A DNA stretch of 64,000 nucleotides, taken from contig NC_042998.1 of the NCBI RefSeq assembly GCF_006345805.1, forward strand, positions 24,242,001 through 24,306,000, in the 5' to 3' direction. This DNA comes from Octopus sinensis (taxonomy: Eukaryota). Shown piece by piece: positions 1 through 11,912 of this stretch; the first letter of the stretch is position 1; each line of letters opens with the position of its first letter. The translations under genes were made by a program, and so were the position numbers. The notes under the pieces were generated by a model. It did no database searches. It saw nothing but the letters and a program-made list of their open reading frames with translations, and was not told the origin of the DNA.

Positions 1-190
1 ATATATATTTATATGTATATGCATATATAATATATATATACACATAAATGCATATATATATATTTATATATATACATGCATACATATATATTTATATATG
101 TATGTATATATTTGTATGTATGTACAAATATAATATATACATACATGCATATATATATTTATATATATATTCATACATATACACACACAT

Positions 191-228
<38 letters not shown>

Positions 229-330
229 ATATATACACACATACACACACACATATATACATACAAACATGCACATGCATTATATGTATGTATATATATA
301 TATACACGTATATGCACAATTGATATCACC
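1..330. repeat. (TA)n/(CA)n compound microsatellite
   Basis: Direct sequence; overlapping Y/I/T/H-rich ORFs are translation artefacts. Confidence 0.95.
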
Positions 331-575
331 TTCAGTTTCTCATCAAAATCAATCACAAAATTTGAAGTTGTTCATGAAAAAGCAATATTTATATGAATTT
401 CTCTCAGGAATATTGGTCTGGAAATGAATATTGAAATTTTGCAAATAGTTTAGTAATACAGAAGAAGGAAGCGTATCAATTGAATAACATCTGAAACTTC
501 GTATATTAGAATGAGTTTTTACCTGCCTGCTCCTTCCCGTAGGCTATTTCTCTGACATTATGTATTAGATTTATA

Positions 576-831
576 CAGGGTGTTCAAAAAGTCTCTCCAC
601 AGTAAGTATTTTATTGCAAAATAGAATATTTTTTATAAGATTGTATAAGATTACAAAAGAATGTATTAGGCTTTACAAGACTTAAAAATAAAACTTTATA
701 ATATAATAGGTGTTGAAAGTGTCGTCTTTCATTTTCAATACAGAAGTTGACTCTTCTGCACATGCTTTGAAATACATCTTGGAGAGTCAGGATGAAAAAA
801 TTCACTGCGGAAAGACTTTTGGAACACCCTA
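576..831 (-). mobile_element. Tc1/mariner internal-deletion derivative
   Basis: TIR-like ends CAGGGTGTTCAAAAAGTC / GACTTTTGGAACACCCT, TA flanks; minus strand encodes transposase C-terminus-like MCRRVNFCIENERRHFQHLL. Confidence 0.8.
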
Positions 832-834
832 TAT

Positions 835-897
<63 letters not shown>

Positions 898-962
898 TAT
901 ATATATATATATATATATAATATATATATGCTGCTAAATATTAATAAAAATATACATATGTA

Positions 963-1372
963 GGCACAGGAGTGGCTGTGTGGTAAGTAGCTTGCTAACC
1001 AACCACATGGTTCCGGGTTCAGTCCCACTGCGTAGCATCTTGGGCAAGTGTCTTCTGCTATAGCCCCGGGCCGACCAATGCCTTGTGAGTGGATTTGGTA
1101 GGCGGAAACTGAAAGAAGCCTGTCGTATATATGTATATATATATATTTGTGTGTGCGTGTTTGTGTGTCTGTGTTTGTCCCCCTAGCATTGCTTGACAAC
1201 CGATGCTGGTGTGTTTACGTCCCCGTCACTTAGCGGTTTGGCAAAAGAGACCGATAAAATAAGTACTGGGCTTACAAAAGAATAAGTCCTGGGGTCGAGT
1301 TGCTTGATTAAAGGCGGTGCTCCAGCATGGCCGCAGTCAAATGACTGAAACAAGTAAAAGAGATAAAAGAGA
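963..1372 (+). mobile_element. tRNA-derived SINE family S1, full length
   Basis: Head GGAGTGGCTGTGTGGTAAG...GGTTCAGTCCC, core CTTGGGCAAGTGTC, internal TA/TG tract, tail GACTGAAACAAGTAAAAGAG; many copies in window. Confidence 0.9.
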
Positions 1373-1403
1373 AATATGTTCATATTCTGAGTTCTATCTT
1401 ATA

Positions 1404-1805
1404 TGCGCAGGAGTGGCTGTGTGGTAAGTAGCTTGCTCGCCGACCACATGGTTCCAGGTTCAGTCCCACTGCATGGCACTTTGGGCAAGTGTCTTCTACT
1501 ATAATCTCAGGTGGAGTAAAGCTTTGTGAGTGGATTTGGTAGATGGAAACTGAAAGAACCATGTAGTACATATACATATATATGTATGTATATGTATGTG
1601 TGTTTGTGTTTTTTCCCCCAACATTGCTTGACAAACAATGCTGGTGTGTTTACATCCTTATAACTTAGCAATTTGGCAAAAGATGCTGATACAATAAGTA
1701 CTAGGTTTACAAAGAATGTAATCTGGGGTCAATTTGCTCGACTAAAGGCAGTGCTCCAGTATGGCTACAGTCAAATGACTGAAAAGAATAAAAGAATAAA
1801 AGAAT
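1404..1805 (+). mobile_element. SINE S1
   Basis: Diverged copy directly after 963-1372. Confidence 0.85.
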
Positions 1806-2264
1806 AACAATCAGGATAGTCTAATAAATTCAAAGCATAATAATGTCAAACAGAATAAAGGAACTCAGATAATAGGAAATGCTAAGAAATTAAATTTCAT
1901 TTAAAGAGAAAAAACCCAATTCAACATAAATAATAATATCAAATCGAATAAAATTTCAGCTTGAAATAGAACAATGATAAAGATATCTAAAGGACTAAAT
2001 AGAAAAAAAGAACTTGGTGGAAATTAATTTAATTCTTTAATGAATGATGAAATTGAAACTAAATCTGAGGGAAATATGAAAAGCTATCTTTGCAATTGTT
2101 CAAGTGGCAAATAAGTGTAAAACTAAAAATGTTATATAAAGATGTATGGTTACATCTGAGGGTAAGGAATTTTGTTACATCTGTGGGACATCATTAATTT
2201 TCAAGAGGAGACAGGCAAATCATTTGAGTTCATTTAAAGACAAAAAAACAATAAATAAATAAAA

Positions 2265-2702
2265 GGCATAAGAGTGGCTGTGTGGTAAGTAGCTTGCTTA
2301 CAAACCACATGTTTCCAGGTTCAGTCTCACTGCGTGGCACCTTGGGTAAGTGTCTTCTTCTATAGCCTCGGGCTGACCAAAGCCTTGTGAGTGGATTTGG
2401 TACATGGAAACTGAAAGAAGCCTGTCATATATATGTATATGTATATATATATGTGTGTATATATGTATGTGTGTGTATATGTTTGTGTGTTTGTGTTTGT
2501 CCCCCACCCCTAACATCGCTTCATAATCGATACTGGTGTGTTTACATCCCCGTAACTTAGTGGTTCGGTAAAAGAAACCGATAGAATTAGTACTAGGCTT
2601 ACAAAGAATAAGTCTTGGGGTCGATTTGCTCGATTAAAGGGGGTGCTCTAGCATGGCCACAGTCACATGACTGAAACAAGTATGCAAGTAAAAGAGTAAA
2701 AG
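2265..2702 (+). mobile_element. SINE S1
   Basis: Aligns by eye to 963-1372. Confidence 0.85.
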
Positions 2703-3276
2703 GTTCCAAATGAGTTTTAGCAAATTAATCTGGTCTTTTAGGGACAGTAATAAGAACTATATGATTAATTGGTAGTTAATTTGTACAGCAAAACCATACA
2801 AACCTGGATCAATAGATGTAACCTATGTTTAGGAAGTATTATACAGGATTTTCACATCCAAGGGTGATGTAATAAATTCTAGACAGGAGAAAGCACTAAG
2901 ATGCTTGCACATGAGGAAATTCACATTTGCCAAGTATAAATGAATAATTATCGTTCAAACTATACAAAGTTTTGAACTGATGGACTGAAAATGATTATCC
3001 AGTAAGAACTTGAAATAGAGATTGTTCATGTCTGACTTAATAGACAGCTCTAAATTATACATCACAGAGTTTATAAAAGAAAATCATTAAACAACCATAC
3101 CAAGTGATATCGTGTTAGACCCTGAAGAGACTGCACCATTTTATAGTAGGGCTGCAACTTCAATGATTACTAATCAGTGCAATTGAAACATCTATTGGTA
3201 TTAAAAGGCAGAATATAATTAAAGGATTAAAAGTAATGCTGTTGCTACTTCAGAGTAATCCTTATTTTTAATATTA

Positions 3277-3330
<54 letters not shown>

Positions 3331-3357
3331 GGGATGACCCAATATATATATATATAT

Positions 3358-3542
3358 AAAATATGAAATAGAGATAAAACCACTATTATGCAACTCAAAC
3401 AGTGATAGACATAAACCAATACATAAATAACAAATAATATATATATATAGAGAGATTTTTATTTATTTGTTTTTTATGCATTGGTTTATGTCTATCACTG
3501 TTTGAGTTGCATAATAGTGGCTTTATCTCTAATTCATATTTT
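3358..3542. repeat. Inverted repeat, ~70-bp arms
   Basis: AAAATATGAAATAGAGATAAAACCACT...CCAATACATAAA mirrored at ~3473-3542 with about 3 mismatches. Confidence 0.85.
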
Positions 3543-3618
3543 ATATTTTATATACTGTGAAATTTGATTTAATACTAAATTGAATTTTTCCCTGTAAGTT
3601 TGGAGTTATATGCCCTAA

Positions 3619-3649
<31 letters not shown>

Positions 3650-3682
3650 TTATTATTATTATTATTATTATCATTATATATA

Positions 3683-4175
3683 TCATCATCATCATTATCA
3701 TCATCATCATTTAACGTCCGTTTTCCATGCTAGCATGCGATGGATGATTTGACTGAGGGCTGGTGAACCAAATGGCTGCACCAGCTCCAATCTGATCTGG
3801 CAGAGTTTCTACAGCTGGATGCCCTTCCTAACGCCAACCACTCTGAGAGTGTAGTGGGTGCTTTTATGTGCCACCAGCACAAGGGCCAGTCAGGCAGTAG
3901 TGGCAATGGCCATGCTCAAATAATGCTTTTTATGTGCCACCTGCACAGGAATCAGTCCAGCGGCACTGGCAACGACCTTGCTCAAAAGTTTTTTCACATG
4001 CCACCAGCACAAGTGCCAGTAAGGTGACACAGATAATGATCACGCTGGAATGGTGCTTTTTATGTGCCAGCGGCATGGAAGCCAGTTTGTTGCTCTGGCA
4101 AAGACCACACTCGGATGGTACTCTTAGAGCTCTACTTGCATGGATACCAGTCGGCGAATTTGATTTCGATTTTGA

Positions 4176-4178
<3 letters not shown>
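3683..4178 (-). mobile_element. Repeat family S2 (SINE or LINE-3'UTR-like, (GAT)n tail, internal tandem subrepeats)
   Basis: Tail GCATGGAAAACGGACGTTAAATGATGATG, body GCACCCACTACACTCTC...AGGAAGGGCATCCAGCTGTAGAAAC. Confidence 0.85.
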
Positions 4179-4262
<84 letters not shown>

Positions 4263-4679
4263 TATATATATAGATATGTATATACATATATATATGTGTG
4301 TGTAGGTGTATATGTATAAATGTATATACAAAATTATTTAGTTAGTGGTTATGCAACTGTCTAAGGGACAAATATACACATAGACACTACTGGTATATTA
4401 CCTAACTATATATAGGCCTTGCTATATGTTAACAGTAATTGGTAATTTAAATGGTAAAACCATGGTTTAATATATTGAGATAAGAAAAGAAATGGAGATC
4501 AATTAGCAATTAGAAGTTGATCATTGGTATTAAAAGGTCATAGTTTAATTTTAGTTGAAATAACTATATGTATAAAAGTATATACATGCATACATTCATA
4601 TATGCATATATCACATGCAAAAATATGTCTATAGATTGAGGGAAGGATTTGAATATGTTATGCATATTTTTATAATGGA

Positions 4680-5079
4680 CTAGCAGTATCGCCCGGCGTT
4701 GCTCGGGTTTGTAAGGGAAATAACTATATAAGCATTTTTAGAGTTATAGTCAAAAGATAGCAAAAAATGCATTAAAAATGGAAAAAAAATGATGGTAAAT
4801 AAATTTTTTTTTAAATCGTTGACTCATCGTAGACATTTTTAGAGAGTTACTTCCCTTATATGATAGCGAAAAAAATGTATTAAAATGGAAAAAAATGATG
4901 GTAAATAATTTTTTAAATCGTAGACTCATCGTAGACACGCGCTAATACCCAGAAGGGCTCGATATGAATCACGACTATAAGATACCCAGTTTTGGTTAAA
5001 CTGCACCGCAAAATGTGGGAGTAGTTAGGAATCTAAATCGTAGGAGACAGACACACAACTTCACTTTTATATATAAAGA
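4680..5079 (-). mobile_element. Non-autonomous Helitron
   Basis: Minus strand starts TC (5079), ends CTAG (4680), inserted between A and T; subterminal hairpin CCCG-AGCAACGC-CGGG; internal ~107-bp tandem repeats. Confidence 0.85.
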
Positions 5080-5420
5080 TGTCATAGTAGCTGCAGGAAA
5101 CTAGAACGAAGCTTATTGAGTACTTGGTGAAAAATGAATGATATTAAATAAAAATGAAGAATAAGTGCAGAACGTATAACATAATTATAAATACCGCACT
5201 GACTACCAGTCTTCTTGAAATTTAGTGTAATAATAAAACCATTAGTATTATTGGAGCGGTTACCTAATCTGTTCTTTTTTGAAATACATCATATATAGAG
5301 TAATATGATGTTTAAGATATTAGATATGTGATATGAGATATTATCACATGTATGCATGTGTATGTTTGTCAGTGTGTGTGTGTATGTGTAATTTTTATTA
5401 CATAGTCTTGAAGGTATTTA

Positions 5421-5458
<38 letters not shown>

Positions 5459-5639
5459 TGCACATCTGGTTTCTGTCTTTAACTTTAGATATATTATTGT
5501 ATATTATTAATTTTTGATTCATTGCTGCTGGAGTCGTATGAAGATACTATCTGCTAATACATTAGAATATCCATTATTTATGAGATTTTATGTGTGTGTC
5601 CTTTTTAATGTGTTACTTGACATGTGGTATAAGGAATAC

Positions 5640-5798
5640 TAGACATATTCTTCTTTGCAGAATGCATGACTGTGTGTGTGTGTGTGTGCATGTGTGTATG
5701 CATACACAAACACACAAGCACACCCACACACACATACATATATATATATATACAAACATGTGTATATATGTTTATGTGTATATATATACAAATGTTTG

Positions 5799-5832
<34 letters not shown>

Positions 5833-5931
5833 TATATATACATATATATATATGTAATATATATATATACATACATATATATGTTATATATATATATGTA
5901 TATATATTATATATATATATATACATACATA

Positions 5932-5979
<48 letters not shown>

Positions 5980-6185
5980 TATATGTGTGTATATATATAT
6001 ATTTCTATACATAGATATATATTTATATATATATGTGTGTATGTGTGTATGCATCTAAGTATGTATGTGCATGTGTGTGTGTGCGCATGTGAGAGGGAGA
6101 CGGTGAAAGAGAGAGAGAAAGAGGAAGTGTGGGTGAGCGAGTGTGTGTGTGTGCATGTGTGCGTATGTGCATGTGTGTGTGGCAG
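5640..6185. repeat. (TG)/(TA)/(GA) compound microsatellite
   Basis: Direct sequence. Confidence 0.95.
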
Positions 6186-6679
6186 GTATAAGTGCAAGAT
6201 TTGAGATCTGAAATGTAACACTGTTTTACACCGGATGAAATTGCGGATGGCGTGATCTAAGTATGAAAACATTAATATTCCTTTTCTAGTTAGTTTTGAT
6301 ATTTCATCCTTTTTTTCCCCCTAGTATTTACAATGGAAGTCTTTGTGTTACAAGGAACATTTATCTCATGTAATATATAGTATGCAATCAATCCCCCAAG
6401 GTACTGATACTCTCCTGCATTGGCAACAATTTATCTAATTAGTTTAGAAGAGTTTAGTAAGTTTAATAGCTATGAGGAACAAAGAATCTAATACTTTACT
6501 CTTGACGTTCATCATTTGCTAGCTCATAACCAAAGCAATGGTGCTTTCTGTATCTTCTTCACTCTCAGACAAAGGGCAAGAACCCAAGAACTTCAGGGTG
6601 TTCAAGAACCTAATAAACATTTCTATGATCTCTTAGATGTAATGGGAAGATTGATATAATGATTCATTGTTATTCTCGA

Positions 6680-7342
6680 AGACAGCAAGCTGGTGGAAGT
6701 GTTTCCATGCTAGAGGAAATGGTAGAATTTCTTCTGGTACTTTACATTTGGAGTTCAAATGCTTACAAGGTCGACTTTGCCTTTCATCTTTTTGGGGTGC
6801 ATAAAATAAGTAGCGGTTGAGTACAGGGGTTGATGTAATCAGTTAGCCTTCACCAAAATTTCTGAGTGAATGGATTTGGTAGACGGAAACTAAAAGAAAC
6901 CCGTCAGTACCGCCTGACTGGCCCTCATGCTGGTGGCACGTAAAAGCACCCACTACACTCTTGGAGTGGTTGGCATTAGGAAGGGCATCGAGCTGTAGAA
7001 ACTCTGGCATATCAGATTGGAGCCAGTGCAGCCATCTGGCTCGCCAGTCTTCAGGCAAACCATCCAACTCATGCCAGCATGGAAAGCGGACATTAAATGA
7101 TGATGATGATATATGTGTGTGTGTGTGTGTGTGTGTGTTTGTGTGTCTGTATTTGTTCCCCAACATCATTTCACAAGCGATGCTGGTGTGTTTACATCCC
7201 TGTAACTTAGCGATTCAGCAAAAAAGACTGATTGAATAAGCAGTCACAAAGAATAAGTCTTGGGCTCAATTTGCTTGACTAAATGCAGTGCCCCAGCATG
7301 GCCACAGTCAAATGACTGAAACAAGTAAAAGAATAAAAGAAT
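6680..7342 (+). mobile_element. Nested SINE cluster: S3 fragment, S1 split by S2 3' part (6905-7112)
   Basis: S1 middle ends GAAACCCGTC at ~6905; S2 tail ends in (GAT)n; S1 3' half resumes ~7112. Confidence 0.75.
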
Positions 7343-7367
7343 AGTAGAAAGGATTGCTGTTCTGGAA

Positions 7368-7560
7368 AGCAGCAAGCTGGCAGAATTGGTTGACAAAATA
7401 CTTAGCAGTATTTCTTTTTGGCTCTTTGCATTTTGAGTTCAAATCCCACCAAAGTTGATTTTGCTTTTCATCCTATTGGGATTGATAAAATAAGTACTAG
7501 TTAAGCATTAGGGTCAATGTAATTGACTAACATCCTTCTCTTACCATTGCAAGCCCTATG
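7368..7560 (+). mobile_element. tRNA-derived SINE family S3, decayed
   Basis: GCAAGCTGGCAGAAT...GAGTTCAAAT...TTTGCTTTTCATCC. Confidence 0.7.
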
Positions 7561-7803
7561 CAAAAATATGAAACCATTATTATTCTGTCCTTGAACTCTT
7601 TTGCATCCACTTTTCCATGCTAGGAAGTGTAGAAATTTTTTTCTTCCACAACTATAATTTTATGATAGAAATATTACATAAATATCTCAGAGAGATATTT
7701 AGAAATGTAATATTTCTATTTTTGTAATCAGCGGATTTATTTCACTAGAATTATTATATGTTTACGAGGCCTAGACAAGCATCTGCAGCTAGCAAGCCAT
7801 GCT

Positions 7804-7848
7804 ACTCCAGACTGATGATGAGCAAGACTCAGAAACTAGTCTCTGAGT
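7804..7848 (+). ncRNA. Type I hammerhead ribozyme motif
   Basis: CTGATGA(7812-18) TGAG-caaga-CTCA GAAAC TA GTC; stem I actc(c)aga/tctgagt; stem III palindrome ACTAGT. Confidence 0.65.
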
Positions 7849-8644
7849 GCAGGCTTAGCTGGGTAGGGCTGCTTGTCTCCCCCTTGTAAACATAAGGACA
7901 CAGGAAATGTGTCAAGGCCAACAGGAAGCGTTGATGCTTCCTAGGGCTAAATAGCAGTGGTGTGATTCCTTTCAAGGGACTGTCACATTAAATTGACAGT
8001 ATACAACTACTCTAAATTTTTATGACAAAATTTCCATTCTACGAATATCCATTATACTATGAAATTGAAGAATAACATGTCTTATTAATGAAGCAATTGA
8101 ATGCAAGCAGAGCAGTGTCTTGAATAAGAGTACAAAACCATAGCACTTAATAGTTAAATTTGAACTGTTATCTCAGTTTGATGCTGTGAGTCAATTTTCT
8201 TTCATATCTTTTAAAGAATCCAGGAAAGAGCAAATCAAAATGTTTAATTACAAGAATGTTTATTAATTTCAGAATATTTCCAAATTATTCATAAAAGAAG
8301 ATATCTTAATATAATTGTATTTTTGGGATTCTAGAAAGCTAAAATTTCCTTTTTCCAGTTGTGAGCAATTAGAGATGATTTGGAATAAATGATTAATTAT
8401 CTACAGGAAAAAAATTCTGTTTTAGAAAGTGAACTCGAGAGAAATATAACCAGAAAGAAACATCTTAGGCATCGCATACAAAGCTAATTAATTAGAAATA
8501 TAATAAAGTCAATGCATAGTAACACAGGATCGCTTGTTTTATTAATTAACAAATACCTTATAATTAAAATGATGTCACTGTTATTTTAGTGTTATTTTGA
8601 CATTTATGAATTTTACCGTTTATTGAAAACACACAGTGGGTTAT

Positions 8645-8810
8645 CAGCCTTGTCATTATCATCATCACCATCATCATCATCATCGTCGTTGTCATCGTCA
8701 TCATGAACATCATCATCATTATCAACATTGTTGTCGTCGTCGTCATCATCAGCATTATCATCATCATCACCATCATCATCATCAACATCAGCAGCAGCAG
8801 CAGCAGCAGC
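8645..8810. repeat. (CAT)n/(CAG)n trinucleotide tract
   Basis: Direct sequence; poly-His/Gln ORF is an artefact. Confidence 0.9.
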
Positions 8811-9020
8811 ATTTGATGTCTGTTTTCCATGCTGGCATGGGTTGGATGGCTTGACAGGAGCTGGCAAGGCTGAAAAGCTGCACCAGGCTCCAGTCATCTG
8901 TTTTGCCATGTTTTCTATAGCTGGACACCCTTCCTAATGCCAACCACTTTACAAAGTATACTGGATGCTTTACACAGGATGTCAACATACGTGCTTTTTA
9001 TGTGACACCAGTGTGGGATG
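8810..9020 (-). mobile_element. S2 3' fragment
   Basis: Matches S2 tail. Confidence 0.8.
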
Positions 9021-9094
9021 TAGTGTAAATACATACATACATACATACAAACATACATACATACATACATACAACATATATACATACATATATA

Positions 9095-9225
9095 CAGGGT
9101 GTCCCAAAAAAATGTATACACACCTTAAATAATTGTAAATTTGTTATTCTTTGTAAGCCTAGTACTTATTCTATTGTTCTCTTTTGCCGAACCACTATGT
9201 GTATACATTTTTTTGGGACACCCTG
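9095..9225. mobile_element. Tc1/mariner-type MITE
   Basis: ~27-bp TIRs CAGGGTGTCCCAAAAAAATGTATACAC / GTGTATACATTTTTTTGGGACACCCTG, TA on both sides; interior is an S1 fragment. Confidence 0.85.
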
Positions 9226-9609
9226 TATATGTTTTCGGTACAAATGGTTTTTTTATACAGTGCCGAGTTTACAATCCTGTATATAGTAATAATATGAAGG
9301 CTTTCCTCCCATGTGGATAGGAAAGCCTTCATATTTTCGAGGGCTTATATGCCCCTTTATTAGACTACTTTCCTTAGTCATTGCACGGTGATCGCCATAA
9401 GATTTAAGCTTATATAAAAGTATCATTATATGTGTGTGTATATGTATGTACATATATGTATATGTATGCAGATATGTATATATCAATCTATCTATTTCTC
9501 TCCCTCTACCTATATATATATACATGCATGTGTATACATATATATAATATATATATACATACATATATATATATATTATATATATATATATACATATATA
9601 CATATATAC

Positions 9610-9664
<55 letters not shown>

Positions 9665-9668
<4 letters not shown>

Positions 9669-9870
9669 ATCCAAACAAGAAAGCACAAAAAAACACAACA
9701 ATGCAAGGATGTGGAACAAATATAGTATTATTGGACACTCAGGAAAGAAGGAAAGAAGGAGAGTTTAACGTTTTGAGTGGAGCTCTTCATCGGAAACATA
9801 GAAGGAAAGATCCAGAGAAGGGAAGACAGAGGAAAAAAAATCGCCAACGGTGCACACGTGGTCACATTTT
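9665..9870 (-). mobile_element. (TA)n-anchored short element with hammerhead-like motif (9763-9797)
   Basis: Minus: gttt CCGATGA A GAG-ctcca-CTC aAAAC GTT aaac. Confidence 0.55.
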
Positions 9871-10133
9871 GAATGACCAGGAGGAAAGGTTCAATAGAAT
9901 CTAGGTATATCAACACACAGGATGCCAGAAATGGCTAAGCACAATAGCATAGAGTTCATTGTATGATAAACAACAATGAAGGCACCAAGAGTTGGTAGGA
10001 TACTATAGTTATGTATGTAGCAAGTCCTATTTATACTGTTCATCTGACTCTAGGTGTGGCATAAATATAAAACAAGAACACAAATGGGATTTAAAATCAT
10101 ATATATGTGTGTGAGTGTATGTGTGTGTGTGTA

Positions 10134-10164
<31 letters not shown>

Positions 10165-10165
<1 letters not shown>

Positions 10166-10498
10166 CACAAAATAGGTAGGATAGGTAAGTATTATGGATT
10201 TATGTAGGATTGCACCTAAGGACTTATGGACTTATTTCTACAAGATCAGGAGGTTGAACTGTGAACTTTTATGCCTCTTTTTTCTTCACTTTTTTCATCT
10301 CCCTATTCCTCTATGTTGTTATTTCATTAATCTATGCCCTTTTCATTTTCCCTATTTGTCTCTGATGACGGAATATCTCATACTCTGGGACATCCCAGAA
10401 ACAGCTGTAAGACTTTGAATCTTTTTTTCCAGTATTAATAATGTTTATGACTTGAGATGTTTGCCTTGCTTTAATGTCTGTTGTCGTCTTTAACAATT
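10165..10498 (+). mobile_element. (TA)n-flanked Penelope-like non-autonomous element
   Basis: Flanked by TA tracts on both sides; contains HHR motif. Confidence 0.6.
10358..10413 (+). ncRNA. Type I hammerhead ribozyme motif
   Basis: gtct CTGATGA(10362-68) imperfect stem II GAAAC AGCT GTA agac; stem III palindrome ACAGCTGT. Confidence 0.7.
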
Positions 10499-10835
10499 AT
10501 ATATATATATGTATGTATGTATTATGTATGAATAGCAGACAAATAGGAATGGACAATTGAAAACATCACTACACACATTTCAACAACATAGTTATTTATT
10601 TAAATATATATAATACATTACAGAATATTAGATAATTCCGCATTATTTGGATCATTAGACAACTGTTTAACTATGTATGGACTATTATTCAGAGCAATTG
10701 AATGAACTGGGATGTCTAATTATTCTTTTGAAGTAAATGGTTTGCATAATATACATGTAGGTACTTTTAAATAAATTTGCCAAGACATTTTGGATTTCCA
10801 TTACATTATATAGATGTATGTATATATATATATAT

Positions 10836-11236
10836 CTTTTACTCTTTTACTTGTTTCAGTTAATTGACTGTGGCCATGCTGGATCACTACCTTTAGTCAA
10901 GCAAATTGACCCCAAGACCTATTCTTTATAAGCCTAGTACTTGTTCTATCAGCCTCTTTTGCTGAACTGCTAAGTTATGAGGATGTAAACACACCAGCAT
11001 CGGTTGTCAAGCGATGTTGGGGGGACAAACACAGACACACAAACATACACAAATGTATATACATATACATATATACGACAGGCTTCTTTCAGTTTCCATC
11101 TACCAAATCCACCCACAAGGCTTTGGTCAGCGCGAGGCTATAGTAGAAGACTCTTGCCCAAAGTACCATGCAGTGGGACTGAACCTGGAACCATGTGGTT
11201 AGTAAGAAAGCTACTTACCACACAGCCACTCATGCA
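10836..11236 (-). mobile_element. SINE S1
   Basis: Reverse complement of 963-1372. Confidence 0.85.
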
Positions 11237-11524
11237 TCTTATTGTGGAACAATTTTTTCCACAGTTTTTCTCAGGTGCATTCAATATATCAGACCTCCAA
11301 ACTCGCCACAAGCCACTTTTGCCAGAAAATAAAGTTGGGAGGGGTGGTAGGGACCTCGAAGTTTCCCACCAAGGGAGTTTTGTTTCATGGGTCTTTTTCT
11401 TCTTTTCCAGATTATTTTGCCTGCTTTCAACGAACGTGACATCAAAATCACTTGTAAAAAGGAAAGATTTGGCTGTTATTTCTAGCATACCCTGCTACCA
11501 CGTAACAGCTATTTGCATTCACAC

Positions 11525-11912
11525 TCTTTACTTTTTTTACTCTTTTACTTGTTTCAGTCATTTGACTGCGGCCATGCTGGAGCACCGCCTTTAATCGAGC
11601 AACTCGACCCCGGGACTTATTCTTTTGTAAGCCCAGTACTTATTCTATCGGTCTCTTTTGCCGAACCGCTAAGTAACGGGGACACAAACACACCAGCATC
11701 GATTGTCAAGCAATGCTAGGGGGACAAACACAGACACACAAACACACACACGCATATATATACATATATACGACGGGCTTCTTTCAGTTTCCGTCTACCA
11801 AATCCACTCACAAGGCTTTGGTCGGCCCGAGGCTATAGTAGAAGACACTTGCCCAAGGTGCCACGCAGTGGGACTGAACCCGGAACCATGTGGTTGGTAA
11901 ACAAGCTACTTA
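11525..11912 (-). mobile_element. SINE S1
   Basis: Reverse complement of 963-1372, low divergence. Confidence 0.9.

Noticed and set aside
1800-3240. Coding-like AT-rich DNA with a Cys cluster (LCNCSSGK*CKTK)
   Set aside because: Many stops and no family I can name; may be an old transposon fossil.
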